Origin: Patescibacteria group bacterium
GTDB lineage: Bacteria > Patescibacteriota > Microgenomatia > UBA8517
Length of the DNA stretch: 64,000 nucleotides
Assembly: GCA_035291665.1 (NCBI GenBank)
Contig: DATDRP010000006.1
Span: forward strand, 145,255-209,254
Direction: 5' to 3'
Positions 29,936 to 40,015 of this stretch are shown piece by piece (positions within the stretch are counted from its first letter, which is position 1; the number at the start of each line of letters is the position of its first letter). The notes below the pieces were generated by a model. That model had not been told where the DNA came from. It searched no databases and saw only the letters and a list, made by a program, of their open reading frames with translations. A program made the translations under genes and the position numbers.

Positions 29936-30436
29936 ATGATAACAACAATACTTTTAATTTTGATCATAATTTGGCTGTCAGTTGTGAGCTTTTATTTGTT
30001 TGATGTTTATAAGTCATTACGGAAACTGACAAGGAATGTGAAGGAACGTGATCTTTTGAAAATTCTATCCAAAGTATTCGAAAAAGAGTCGGAAAATTCA
30101 AAGTTAATTATCCAGAATTCAGATAAAATTAAGAAACTTTTTTCTGATGAGAAATTCATGCTCCATAAATTAGGAGTAGTAAGATTCAATCCGTTCTCGG
30201 AAATGGGCGGGGATCACAGTTTTTCAGTTGCTCTTCTGGACGGCAATAACGATGGAATTCTTTTAACAGGCCTCCATACAAGAGAAAGAACGCGAGTCTA
30301 TATGAAAAAAATTAATAAAGGGATTAGTAAGGTAGAACTATCGAAAGAAGAAAGCGAGGCTCTTAAAAAAGCTAAAGTAAATGATACCCTCGCCCAAGCC
30401 AAGTCACACTTGGTTGTCGAGTCAGACTCGATCTGA
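29936..30436 (+). CDS. Hypothetical protein with N-terminal TM (DUF4446-like)
   Basis: N-terminal TM then a conserved-looking segment GVVRFNPFSEMGGDHSFSVALLDGNNDGILLTGLHTRE. Confidence 0.45.
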   Translation: MITTILLILIIIWLSVVSFYLFDVYKSLRKLTRNVKERDLLKILSKVFEKESENSKLIIQNSDKIKKLFSDEKFMLHKLGVVRFNPFSEMGGDHSFSVALLDGNNDGILLTGLHTRERTRVYMKKINKGISKVELSKEESEALKKAKVNDTLAQAKSHLVVESDSI

Positions 30437-30683
30437 TTCGGTGGTCTTCTTAAACGCTGTTATAAGTCGGGGTGACTGCACGATGCACGTGCATTGTACA
30501 GGCACCCTAACAATAAGATAATTTCATTTAAATTGTGAATAATCCTCTTTAGATTTCTCAAAGATACACCTGATGAGTGAAGGATTTAACCGGTAATACA
30601 TACTCGGACAATTTAATCTTTCAAGGTTTCCCCATTGAAAATTACCGCAACCATCAACTATTATTAAATAGTCGTTTTTTAAG

Positions 30684-31880
30684 GTGATTCTCATGGCAAA
30701 AATTTCAAAACAATACCTCATTACTTTGGTTATGAGTTTCTTGGGTCTGTATTTGATTTCAGCGGGGGTTTCTTATGCTGTATTTTCTTATATCGGTAAA
30801 GATACTACCCCGGTGGCTCAAAGTGATTTGCCGAAAGATGCTCGGGTTGATTTATCTCAGCCAAAAACTGAGGAATGCGTCATGAACGGTAAATATTACA
30901 CAAAAGATGAAAAAAATATTTGGGAAACCCGCCGGCCAATTGCTGCGATGATTGAAAATCATTTAGATGCCCGACCTCTTTCGGGAATTTCAAAAGCAGA
31001 TATTATTTATGAAGCCGTTGCAGAAGGCGGTATAACACGCATGTTAAATATTTTTTATTGCGGAGCGGCAGCGGAAGATGTTGAAATAGCGCCGGTCAGG
31101 TCGGCAAGAATTTATTTTGTTAATTGGGCGCAAGAGTACGAAGATCCGATATTCATGCACGTTGGCGGCGCAAATGATTATGCAGGTTACGGCGATACCG
31201 CAAAAGATGCAAGAGCACTTGAATATTTGACTACGATTGGATGGAGAGTGGCGGGGGGAAATGATTTTGATACAACATTTGATTCAGGATATCCCGTATT
31301 CTGGCGTAATTACGAAAGACTGGACCATGAGGTGGCAACGGAACACACAATGACGGCATCGTTAGACGAAGCATACAAACAAGCTGAAAAAAGAGGTTTC
31401 GGTCCCGTCAATGAAGATGGAGAGAAATGGAGTGATAATTTTGTTGCCTGGAGATTTGTGGATGATAAAGTGGTTGAAACTCCGGAGTATGAAACCATTA
31501 GTTTTGACTTTTGGGATAATAAACCGGATTATTCCGTATCGTGGAAATATGATAAAAGCAAAAATGCTTATTTACGAAGTAATGGCGGAAAAGAATTTAT
31601 TGATTTGACTACCGGCAGCCAGCTAGAAGCGAAAAATGTAGTTATTCAGTTTGTGAAAGAAAGAGGTCCGGTTGACAGGAATATACATATGTTATATACA
31701 ACTACCGGTGAAGGCAAGGCTACATTTTTTAACCAAGGAACAGTAACCGAAGGGACTTGGGAGAAAATTACTGCCGACTCCAGAACGCGTTTTTATGATG
31801 ATAAAGGTAAGGAAGTTTCATTTGTCAGGGGATTAATTTGGATTGAAGCAATTCCCACTGGAAACGTCATCAATTATTGA
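30684..31880 (+). CDS. DUF3048-family (YerB-like) secreted/lipoprotein
   Basis: N-terminal TM/signal; segment RPIAAMIENHLDARPLSGISKADIIYEAVAEGGITRMLNIFY is characteristic of DUF3048. Confidence 0.55.
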   Translation: MILMAKISKQYLITLVMSFLGLYLISAGVSYAVFSYIGKDTTPVAQSDLPKDARVDLSQPKTEECVMNGKYYTKDEKNIWETRRPIAAMIENHLDARPLSGISKADIIYEAVAEGGITRMLNIFYCGAAAEDVEIAPVRSARIYFVNWAQEYEDPIFMHVGGANDYAGYGDTAKDARALEYLTTIGWRVAGGNDFDTTFDSGYPVFWRNYERLDHEVATEHTMTASLDEAYKQAEKRGFGPVNEDGEKWSDNFVAWRFVDDKVVETPEYETISFDFWDNKPDYSVSWKYDKSKNAYLRSNGGKEFIDLTTGSQLEAKNVVIQFVKERGPVDRNIHMLYTTTGEGKATFFNQGTVTEGTWEKITADSRTRFYDDKGKEVSFVRGLIWIEAIPTGNVINY

Positions 31881-31930
31881 GTACAATAATTGTACTAGTT
31901 TTCTGCCCCAATTAAATTTAAAGATAAAGT

Positions 31931-32512
31931 ATGGTCAGCCTTGCAGATATTATTACCTCAAAAGTCAGAGTAAAAATTTTGGATCTTTATTTTTCCAATG
32001 TTAAAGAAATGTATCATGTCCGGGGAATTGTACGCGAAATAAAAGAAGAAATTAATGCCGTCAGGCGCGAGCTTGCAAGATTGGAAAAGTGTGATCTTTT
32101 GAAAAGAGAAGCACGGGGTAATAGAGTCTATTATTTTTTGAATAAAGATTATCCTTTTTACGGGGACCTCGTTTCAATGGTCTCAAAAACAACCGGCTTG
32201 GGAGCAGAGATTATCCAGTTAAAAAACAAGATTGGCAAACTCTCAATAGTTATGTTTTCCGGTAAATTTGCAAGAAGGATTGAAAGAAAAAGAGAAGACT
32301 CTGTTGATATTTTACTGGTCGGAGATGTTACGCTCCCCGATCTGGCTTCCGTAATTCGAAAAGAAGAGACAAAACGCGGATCGGAAATTAATTACACCGT
32401 TATGACACGTCAGGAACTCGATTTCAGAAAACGGCGAAGAGATCCCTTCTTACAGGAGATTATGTTGGAGGAAAGAATTATGATTATTGGGGATGAGAGT
32501 GACTTATTGTAG
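31931..32512 (+). CDS. Hypothetical protein, possible winged-helix regulator with nucleotidyltransferase-like C-terminus
   Basis: N-terminal wHTH-like segment (RGIVREIKEEINAVRRELARLEKCDLLKRE); weak. Confidence 0.35.
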   Translation: MVSLADIITSKVRVKILDLYFSNVKEMYHVRGIVREIKEEINAVRRELARLEKCDLLKREARGNRVYYFLNKDYPFYGDLVSMVSKTTGLGAEIIQLKNKIGKLSIVMFSGKFARRIERKREDSVDILLVGDVTLPDLASVIRKEETKRGSEINYTVMTRQELDFRKRRRDPFLQEIMLEERIMIIGDESDLL

Positions 32513-32566
32513 GTATACTAATTGCTCCTATGAATTTTTCCAAAGTCTGTTCTAAAATATTAAAAT

Positions 32567-33901
32567 ATGTTTAAAACTCCTCTTCCTAAAGTGTTGCTGA
32601 TAATATTTCTGACCGTTTTTTCAATATATATTAATCTTCCCGGAAGCTTCACGCTTGATTTAACCCGTTACAAAATAAATTTCAATAAAACGCTTTCGAA
32701 ACCTGATCTAAAAATTGGAAGATTCAATTTGGGGAAAAAGAACGAGCTTATTTTGGGACTCGATCTTCAAGGGGGAAGCCGCTTGGTATTTGAAGCCGAT
32801 ACGGTAAATATAGACAGTTCTGTTTCCGGTGATGCATTGACCGGAACGAAAGATATTATAGAGAAACGGGTAAACCTTTTCGGGGTATCCGAACCCAATG
32901 TTCAGCTTTCCGAATTCGAAGGTAAAAAAAGGATTGTTGTTGAGCTTCCTGGGATAAAAGACATTAAGGAAGCAATAAAAATAATCGGGACTACTGCCCA
33001 GCTTAATTTTGCCGAAGTGAGCGAAGAAGAAGATAAAGGTTTGATTCCGACTGATCTAACCGGAGCGGATCTTGTAAAATCCCAAGTACAATTCGATCAA
33101 AAAACTTCAAAACCGGTTGTCGCCATAGAATTTAATGAAGCGGGCGGCAGTAAGTTTGAAAAATTGACGGAAAAAAATATCGGAAAGCCATTAGTAATCC
33201 TTCTGGATAATAATATTATTTCATATCCCACGGTGCAGGATAAAATTTCGGGCGGATCGGCAGTTATTACCGGAGATTTTACTTTGGACGAGGCAAAAAA
33301 TCTTGCAATTCAGCTTAATGCAGGAGCATTGCCCGTTCCGATCACTTTGGTTGAGCAAAGGACTGTCGGAGCGGCATTAGGTACCGAATCAGTACAAAAA
33401 TCTGTGAATGCGGGAGTAGTCGGCTTAGTTATGGTTATGCTCTTTATGATTCTTTCATATGGACGGATGGGTTTTGTTGCCGATTTAGCGCTCCTCATAT
33501 TCGGAACCATTACACTATCCTTGTATAAATTGATTCCCGTAGTTTTAACTCTTCCGGGAATTGCCGGATTTTTACTTTCGGTTGGTATGGCAGTTGATTC
33601 AAATATTTTGATATTTGAAAGGTTTAAAGAGGAAATAATTAAACGACCTTTTACAGATGCTCTTGAAATATCATTTGGGAAAGCATGGGATTCCATACGT
33701 GACGCCAACATTGCAACCCTGTCAACAGCTTTTATTTTGGCAAATCCTTTTGAATGGAATTTTCTACACACTTCCGGTCCGGTACGCGGTTTTGCTATCA
33801 CACTTGCTTTGGGGATTCTGATCAGTTTATTTACAGGCATTGTCGTTACGAGAAATTTACTAAGGGTTCTGATTCGAAAGAGTGGAAGAGTAAAAGAGTA
33901 G
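32567..33901 (+). CDS. secD: Protein translocase subunit SecD
   Basis: GLDLQGGSRLVFEAD signature; C-terminal 6-TM domain. Confidence 0.9.
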   Translation: MFKTPLPKVLLIIFLTVFSIYINLPGSFTLDLTRYKINFNKTLSKPDLKIGRFNLGKKNELILGLDLQGGSRLVFEADTVNIDSSVSGDALTGTKDIIEKRVNLFGVSEPNVQLSEFEGKKRIVVELPGIKDIKEAIKIIGTTAQLNFAEVSEEEDKGLIPTDLTGADLVKSQVQFDQKTSKPVVAIEFNEAGGSKFEKLTEKNIGKPLVILLDNNIISYPTVQDKISGGSAVITGDFTLDEAKNLAIQLNAGALPVPITLVEQRTVGAALGTESVQKSVNAGVVGLVMVMLFMILSYGRMGFVADLALLIFGTITLSLYKLIPVVLTLPGIAGFLLSVGMAVDSNILIFERFKEEIIKRPFTDALEISFGKAWDSIRDANIATLSTAFILANPFEWNFLHTSGPVRGFAITLALGILISLFTGIVVTRNLLRVLIRKSGRVKE

Positions 33902-33963
33902 AAGAGCTTGAGTATTTTTTTTACTTATACACTTGAACTCTCCTGCTCTTATACACTAATCAT

Positions 33964-34845
33964 ATGAATTGGCTTAAATATAAAAATATCAATTTAACTC
34001 TGTCAGGATTTTTGATTATTATCAGTATAATTTCACTTTTGAAGTGGGGTTTGAAAATAGGTGTTGATTTTACCGGTGGCTCTGTTATCGAATACAAAAT
34101 TGAAGAAAATTTTTCTCATGAGGAGGTTGTTACCCATGCCAAAGACAAAGGTTTCGATATCGTGTCTGTACAAAATGCCGGAAATAAAGTTTATCTTTTC
34201 AAACTGCCGCCGATTTCTGAAGACCAAAAATCTCAACTGACAGGTATTTTAAATGATGATCTAAAACTCAAGGCAACCGAACAAAAATTTGAGTCTGTCG
34301 GACCGGCAATAGGGGTCGAACTGATTAAAAAAACAGTTTATGCAATGATTATTGCGACGGTTATTATTTTATTCTGGATTGCTTATCAATTTAAAAATTT
34401 ACGTTTTGGTTTATCGGCAACAATTGCGACGATACACGACAGTACGATCTTGTTGGGTTCGTTTTCAATACTGGGGAAGTTTTTCGGGGCGGAAGTGGAT
34501 TTTCTTTTCGTTACAGCAATGTTGACAATCCTTTCATTTTCCGTTCACGACACAATTGTTGTTTTCGACCGAATCAGAGAACTTAAGAAAAGATCTTCTG
34601 GGGACGAAACAGATATTATAAATACTGCACTAAGCCAGACTATGGTTCGGTCGCTTAATAACTCCTTTACGATTTTATTCATGCTTTTTGCGTTGGTTCT
34701 TCTTGGAGGCATATCGGTCCGGTGGTTTGCGATTGCACTTTTTATCGGCACAATTCTGGGAACATATTCATCACCCTTCATAGCAGTTCCTTTTTATGTT
34801 GTTCTGGGAAATTTGGGGAGAAAAATTAAAAACCGAAAACCCTGA
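33964..34845 (+). CDS. secF: Protein translocase subunit SecF
   Basis: GVDFTGGSVIEYK signature; 6-TM domain; follows secD. Confidence 0.9.
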   Translation: MNWLKYKNINLTLSGFLIIISIISLLKWGLKIGVDFTGGSVIEYKIEENFSHEEVVTHAKDKGFDIVSVQNAGNKVYLFKLPPISEDQKSQLTGILNDDLKLKATEQKFESVGPAIGVELIKKTVYAMIIATVIILFWIAYQFKNLRFGLSATIATIHDSTILLGSFSILGKFFGAEVDFLFVTAMLTILSFSVHDTIVVFDRIRELKKRSSGDETDIINTALSQTMVRSLNNSFTILFMLFALVLLGGISVRWFAIALFIGTILGTYSSPFIAVPFYVVLGNLGRKIKNRKP

Positions 34846-34851
34846 TTGTTA

Positions 34852-35148
34852 TCAGGTATAAAGTATCTCAAAAAATTCAATAAAGAAGAAAAATATATCC
34901 ATTACCAGGAAAAAAATTAAGTAAATAAGAATATAGTGGAGCCGTTTTTTAAAGGGATAAAGTGTCTTCAATACTGCAAAAGGTAAAATTGTTAATAAAA
35001 TATAAAACCCGATTCGTATGGTAAGCGGTATATATTTTGTGAACTGTCCGCCGGAAGCACTAAGATCGTAAGGTACAAGAAGTTTATTTATAAGACCTTG
35101 TATGATCAGATCAAAGTCCCTGAAAATGTGGGCAGTAAATTCAATCAT
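34852..35148 (-). CDS. Small hypothetical membrane protein
   Basis: 98-aa ORF with 2-3 TM segments; no motif. Confidence 0.3.
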   Translation of the reverse strand: MIEFTAHIFRDFDLIIQGLINKLLVPYDLSASGGQFTKYIPLTIRIGFYILLTILPFAVLKTLYPFKKRLHYILIYLIFFLVMDIFFFFIEFFEILYT

Positions 35149-35216
35149 TAATATAATTATACCAAGCGGAAGAAAGTCCGGTCATTAAAAATATCTGAAG
35201 TCGGATTTTTTTAGAT

Positions 35217-36644
35217 TTACTTCAGTTTTAAAAGAGCTTCGATGAGCTCATCCGGGTTATTTTTGATTTCTTTAGCAACAACCAAGTCAAATAGCTTTTT
35301 TAAAGCTTCACCGACTTTGGGTCCGGGTTTGAGATTGAGTTTTTTCATAACGGTAACTCCGTTAATCTTCAGATCAGTAACTTTGAATGGCTGCTTTTGA
35401 ACAAGTTTTATCTTCCGTTTGAAATCCTCCAATCTCCAGGAGGTTTCACTAGCACCACCACCGAGTCTGTCAGCAGTTCTTAACGCGAGCATATCGGAGA
35501 CGTTTTCCAGACCAACGTTAGTAATAAACCTTCTCACCGCAGTATCTGTTTGATTTTCGTTGACGCTAAATTGGTGCCAGCGGACAAGTTTTTCCAGTTT
35601 TTCGGACTGTTTTTTTGAAAGCTTAATCCTTTTTGCCAACTTCTTGGCAATATATGTACTTACAACTTCATGATTGTAGAAAGTTATTATCCCGCTGTTC
35701 AATTTTTTATAGGTTGATACTTTTCCCAAATCATGAATTAGTATTGCCAGTTTTGTCACGGGGTCTTCGGTTGGTGCAAATTTCAATGACATAAGAGAGT
35801 GTGTCCCGACGTCGTACACATGGTGTCTCCGGGGAGATTTTTGCTGGATATCGAATGCTTTTTCAAATTCGGGAATAATCTGTTCCATAAGTTTGGTTTT
35901 TTGAAGTAACATTACTCCTTCGTGTGCGTACGGAGACTTCATAATTTTCAGAAGTTCATCTCTCACCCTCTCAGCTGTGATTTTTCGGATCGAGTCAGAA
36001 AGTTCCTTAATCGCAAATAAGGTGTGCTCTTCAATTTGGAAACGGATTTCAGTTGCAATTCTAACCGCACGCATCATCCGAAGGGAATCTTCAGTAAAAC
36101 GTTCGACCGGATTTCCTACTGCCCTAATGAGTTTATTTTCGAGATCTTTTTGACCATCGTAAAGATCAATTAGAGTAAAAGTGCGGGAGAGTGCAAGAGC
36201 CTGAGCAGTTTTTTTCTTATACTCTTTTACTCTTTTACTCTCCTGCTCTATTTTCAACGCCATTGCGTTAATGGTGAAGTCGCGTCTTTTGAGGTCGTCA
36301 GTAAGTGTTTTTCCCCACAAGACTTTGTCTGGTCTTCGCGAATCGCTATAACCGTGTTCAGTTCTGAAAGTCGTAATTTCGTAAGGTCTTTCTCCTTCAA
36401 TTTCGTTTGGGATGCCGACGGTTCCGAATTTGTTATCGTAATAAGCATTTTCAAAAAGAGTAAGGATTTGTTCGGGTACAGCATTAGTTGTGAAATCCCA
36501 ATCATAGACAATTTTTCCCATTAAAATGTCCCTTATAGCCCCGCCTACAATATAAATTTCAAAATCTTTTTTTTCAAAAGCGGATATAATTTTTGCTACC
36601 TGACCGGGAACATCAACTTTCATATTATTTGTAGTAAGCATCAA
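35217..36644 (-). CDS. cca: CCA-adding tRNA nucleotidyltransferase with HD domain
   Basis: Pol-beta nucleotidyltransferase motif YIVGGAIRDILMG...DWDF; RRDFTINAMA; HD motif LIHDLGK. Confidence 0.85.
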   Translation of the reverse strand: MMLTTNNMKVDVPGQVAKIISAFEKKDFEIYIVGGAIRDILMGKIVYDWDFTTNAVPEQILTLFENAYYDNKFGTVGIPNEIEGERPYEITTFRTEHGYSDSRRPDKVLWGKTLTDDLKRRDFTINAMALKIEQESKRVKEYKKKTAQALALSRTFTLIDLYDGQKDLENKLIRAVGNPVERFTEDSLRMMRAVRIATEIRFQIEEHTLFAIKELSDSIRKITAERVRDELLKIMKSPYAHEGVMLLQKTKLMEQIIPEFEKAFDIQQKSPRRHHVYDVGTHSLMSLKFAPTEDPVTKLAILIHDLGKVSTYKKLNSGIITFYNHEVVSTYIAKKLAKRIKLSKKQSEKLEKLVRWHQFSVNENQTDTAVRRFITNVGLENVSDMLALRTADRLGGGASETSWRLEDFKRKIKLVQKQPFKVTDLKINGVTVMKKLNLKPGPKVGEALKKLFDLVVAKEIKNNPDELIEALLKLK

Positions 36645-36737
36645 TAGGTAATTAGTTAATTTCGGAAAAATACTCTTCCGAGTATATCAGATATATTATA
36701 CTTCAAGATTTTGTGAATTTGATTATACTGGTAACAT

Positions 36738-38438
36738 GTGTTGAAATCTGGTATGAAGATCAATATTAAAAAGGAGTTGGTTTGGAAAATTCAATCGGAT
36801 TTAACCGAAGGAGTAAATAGTAACGAAGAAATTATAAATAAGCTTCTGGAGGGAAAAGGATACGGCACAACGTCAAAACGGAATAATTTTTTAAATCCAC
36901 CCCATCCGAAACAGATTAAGCTATCAAAACTTGGGATAAAAGCTCAAGAGATGCAAAAAGCAGTAAAAAGACTTACAACAGCTTTGGAAAAAAAAGAGCG
37001 GATTACTGTATTTGGTGATTATGACGCGGATGGAATCTGCTCAACAGCAATAGTCTGGGAAGCACTAGATGATCTTGGTTTTCTTGCTATGCCTCACATT
37101 CCCAAAAGAGAAGACGGTTACGGTATCAAAAAGGACAGCCTGGACCAGATTATGAAAAAATATCCGGATACAAAAATAATTATTACCGTCGATAATGGGA
37201 TCGTTGCTCACGATGCCGTTTCCTATGCAAATAAATTGGGGATTAACGTAATTGTGTTGGATCACCATGAAGTGTCCGAGAAGTATCCGGATGCATATGC
37301 TCTGATTTATACTAAAAAACTTTGCGGGGCAGCAATATCTTATTTTTTCGCAAGAGAACTCAAAAATAAAATTAAAGGGAAAAAATCAGAATTCCCATAC
37401 CACGATCCTATTGATTTGGCTGCGATTGGAACCGTCGCGGATCAAATGCAGTTAGTTGATGTAAACCGCGCCATTGTAAAATCGGGGCTTTCTGTACTTC
37501 GAAAAACAAATAGGATCGGGCTAACTGAGATGTTCAAAGAAGCCTCTATCGACAAGAGCAAAATCGGTACGTATGAAATAAATTATGTTATAGCTCCAAG
37601 GATTAATGCAATGGGAAGGCTCGATGAGGCAATGGAGTCTTTAAGATTAATTTGTGCACGAAGTTTCGGAAAAGCAAGAAGTCTTTCGGGAATTTTGGGA
37701 GAAACAAACAGGAAACGTCAGTCGGTTGTTGAAAAATCTACAATCATGGCATTTGAGAAACTGGAAAACTATGATTTTTCATCCAGAGTTATAATACTTG
37801 GTGATGAAAGCTTTCATGAAGGAGTCATCGGTCTTATCGCTTCAAAACTGACGGAAAAGTACTATCTGCCATCTATTGTTTTTTCGATAGGAAAAGAAAT
37901 TTCAAAAGCTTCAGCCAGGTCGATAAAAGGTTTCAATATTAATGCAAACATACGCAAATTGTCGAATCTGACTGAAGGAGGCGGCGGGCATGAGATGGCT
38001 GCCGGTTTCAGTATTAAAAATAATAATCTGAAAATATTTGAGAAAGAGTTTAAGAAATTAGCTAAAGTTAAAATAAAACAAAAGATGCTTGAAAAGAGGT
38101 TGCTGGTGAATGCAAGATTAAACTTTAATCAAATAAATTTGGGTTTGGCACAAAAACTACTCGACTTCGAACCGTACGGTATAGGAAATTCCAAACCGGT
38201 ATTTGTTTCCCAAAACGTGACGATACAAAATTCCAAAAAAGTTGGAAGTGCTGCAAATCATATGAAACTTACCCTAAACCAAACTGAGAAATATCTGGAT
38301 GCGATTTATTTTAATTTCGGAAGCGATGGATTTCTGGGAGGAACTAAAGTCAAAGCTGCGTATCAAATTGATATTAACACTTGGGATAACAGAATTAATT
38401 TACAGCTTTTAATTAAGGACATAAAACCAGAAATATAA
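36738..38438 (+). CDS. recJ: Single-stranded-DNA-specific exonuclease RecJ
   Basis: DHH motifs VFGDYDADGI, DNG, VLDHHE; DHHA1-like GGGHEMAAG. Confidence 0.85.
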   Translation: MLKSGMKINIKKELVWKIQSDLTEGVNSNEEIINKLLEGKGYGTTSKRNNFLNPPHPKQIKLSKLGIKAQEMQKAVKRLTTALEKKERITVFGDYDADGICSTAIVWEALDDLGFLAMPHIPKREDGYGIKKDSLDQIMKKYPDTKIIITVDNGIVAHDAVSYANKLGINVIVLDHHEVSEKYPDAYALIYTKKLCGAAISYFFARELKNKIKGKKSEFPYHDPIDLAAIGTVADQMQLVDVNRAIVKSGLSVLRKTNRIGLTEMFKEASIDKSKIGTYEINYVIAPRINAMGRLDEAMESLRLICARSFGKARSLSGILGETNRKRQSVVEKSTIMAFEKLENYDFSSRVIILGDESFHEGVIGLIASKLTEKYYLPSIVFSIGKEISKASARSIKGFNINANIRKLSNLTEGGGGHEMAAGFSIKNNNLKIFEKEFKKLAKVKIKQKMLEKRLLVNARLNFNQINLGLAQKLLDFEPYGIGNSKPVFVSQNVTIQNSKKVGSAANHMKLTLNQTEKYLDAIYFNFGSDGFLGGTKVKAAYQIDINTWDNRINLQLLIKDIKPEI

Positions 38439-39940
38439 TGAAAACAAACTATATTAATCCTGAGAAAGAATTCAATCATTTTTTGGAAGGTATAAAAGCA
38501 AGAGGGTTGGATGAGGTTGTTGTGAAAAAAGCATGGGATTTCGCGCTTTTGGCCCATCATGGACAAAAGAGAAAAACCGGGGAACCGTTTGTGGTCCATT
38601 GTTTGGAAGTAGCAAAACAATTGAATGATTGGAAATTGGATCAGGATAGTATTGTAGCCGGACTATTGCATGACACGGTCGAAGATGGCGGCGCAAAATT
38701 TGAGGATATCGAAAAAGAATTTAATGGTGATGTGTCAAAGCTGGTCGCCGGCGTTACGAAAATTTCCGATATCAGACTTCGCGGAAGTCAGAGTGAAGCG
38801 TTTATTGAAAATTTAAGGAAAATGTTTTTGGCAATGGCCAAAGACCTTCGTGTTATTTTGGTAAAACTGGCGGACCGACTTCACAATATGAAAACACTTT
38901 GGGGAGTGGATCCCGAAAAAAGGAAAAGAATAGCCGAGGAAACACTTTCGATATATGCACCGCTTGCCGAAAGATTGGGGATGGGTGAAGTAAAATCACA
39001 AATGGACGATTTAGCATTCCCATATGTATATCCCGAGGAATATGAAAGGGTAAAAAAAGAATCCAAAAAATATTATAAAGACGCGGAAAAACAAGTTGTA
39101 AAAGTTAAAAGAACTATTTTGAAAGCTTTAGCAAATCATGATTTAAGCGTAAAAATCAGCGGGAGAAAAAAACATCTTTATTCCCTATGGAAAAAGCTCA
39201 ACAGACCCGAAATTGAATGGGATTTTGAAAAAATTCAAGACATTGTTGCGCTTCGGATTATTACCAAAAGCATTTCTCAATGTTATACCGCACTCGGAGT
39301 TGTACACCAGCTTTATAAACCGGTTCCCCATTTGGGGATCTCGGATTTTATTGCCCAGCCGAAACCGAATGGCTACCAATCGATTCATACTAAAGTTTTT
39401 GGTGTAAACGGAAGGATTATCGAAATCCAAATCCGGACGGAAGAAATGCACGAACAAGCCGAGCACGGTATTGCAGCTCATTGGTTTTTATCGGACCTGA
39501 AATCCAAGGGGAAGTTTACATCAGAGGACGTGGAGAAAGGGGAATTGGCAATGGTGAAAGGTAATAAATTAACCTGGGTAAGACAGCTTGCCGATTGGCA
39601 GAAAGAAATAAAAGATCAATCGGAATATCTTGAAGCCGTAAAGTTTGATGCTTTGGGAGAAAGGATTTTTGTTTTTTCACCCATGGGAGATGTATATGAT
39701 TTACCGAACGGCGCGACTCCCGTGGATTTTGCATACGCGGTTCATTCAAACCTCGGAAATTTTGTTAAAGCCGCCAAAGTAAACGCAAAGCTGGTACCCC
39801 TCAACCATATACTGAAAAGCGGGGATGTGGTGGAGATAATAAAACAAAAAAACGAAAAAGGTCCGACAAAGGATTGGATCGGTTTTGTTAATACAACCCT
39901 CGCGAAACGCGAGATTAATAAGTATTTGAGAAAAAATTAA
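38438..39940 (+). CDS. rel: Short bifunctional (p)ppGpp synthetase/hydrolase, Rel/SpoT family (HD + synthetase + TGS, no ACT domain)
   Basis: HD motif HHGQKRKTGEPFVVH...LLHDTVED; synthetase motifs GRKKHLYSLWKK, NGYQSIHT, EIQIRTEEMH; TGS segment at the C-terminus; only 500 aa; start overlaps the recJ stop (TAATG). Confidence 0.8.
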   Translation: MKTNYINPEKEFNHFLEGIKARGLDEVVVKKAWDFALLAHHGQKRKTGEPFVVHCLEVAKQLNDWKLDQDSIVAGLLHDTVEDGGAKFEDIEKEFNGDVSKLVAGVTKISDIRLRGSQSEAFIENLRKMFLAMAKDLRVILVKLADRLHNMKTLWGVDPEKRKRIAEETLSIYAPLAERLGMGEVKSQMDDLAFPYVYPEEYERVKKESKKYYKDAEKQVVKVKRTILKALANHDLSVKISGRKKHLYSLWKKLNRPEIEWDFEKIQDIVALRIITKSISQCYTALGVVHQLYKPVPHLGISDFIAQPKPNGYQSIHTKVFGVNGRIIEIQIRTEEMHEQAEHGIAAHWFLSDLKSKGKFTSEDVEKGELAMVKGNKLTWVRQLADWQKEIKDQSEYLEAVKFDALGERIFVFSPMGDVYDLPNGATPVDFAYAVHSNLGNFVKAAKVNAKLVPLNHILKSGDVVEIIKQKNEKGPTKDWIGFVNTTLAKREINKYLRKN

Positions 39941-40015
39941 CAAAGGGTACAATACAGATATGCCTAGCTGTATTTACTTGGCATTTGCCCGGGATGAAAT
40001 TGATAGTCAATTATT

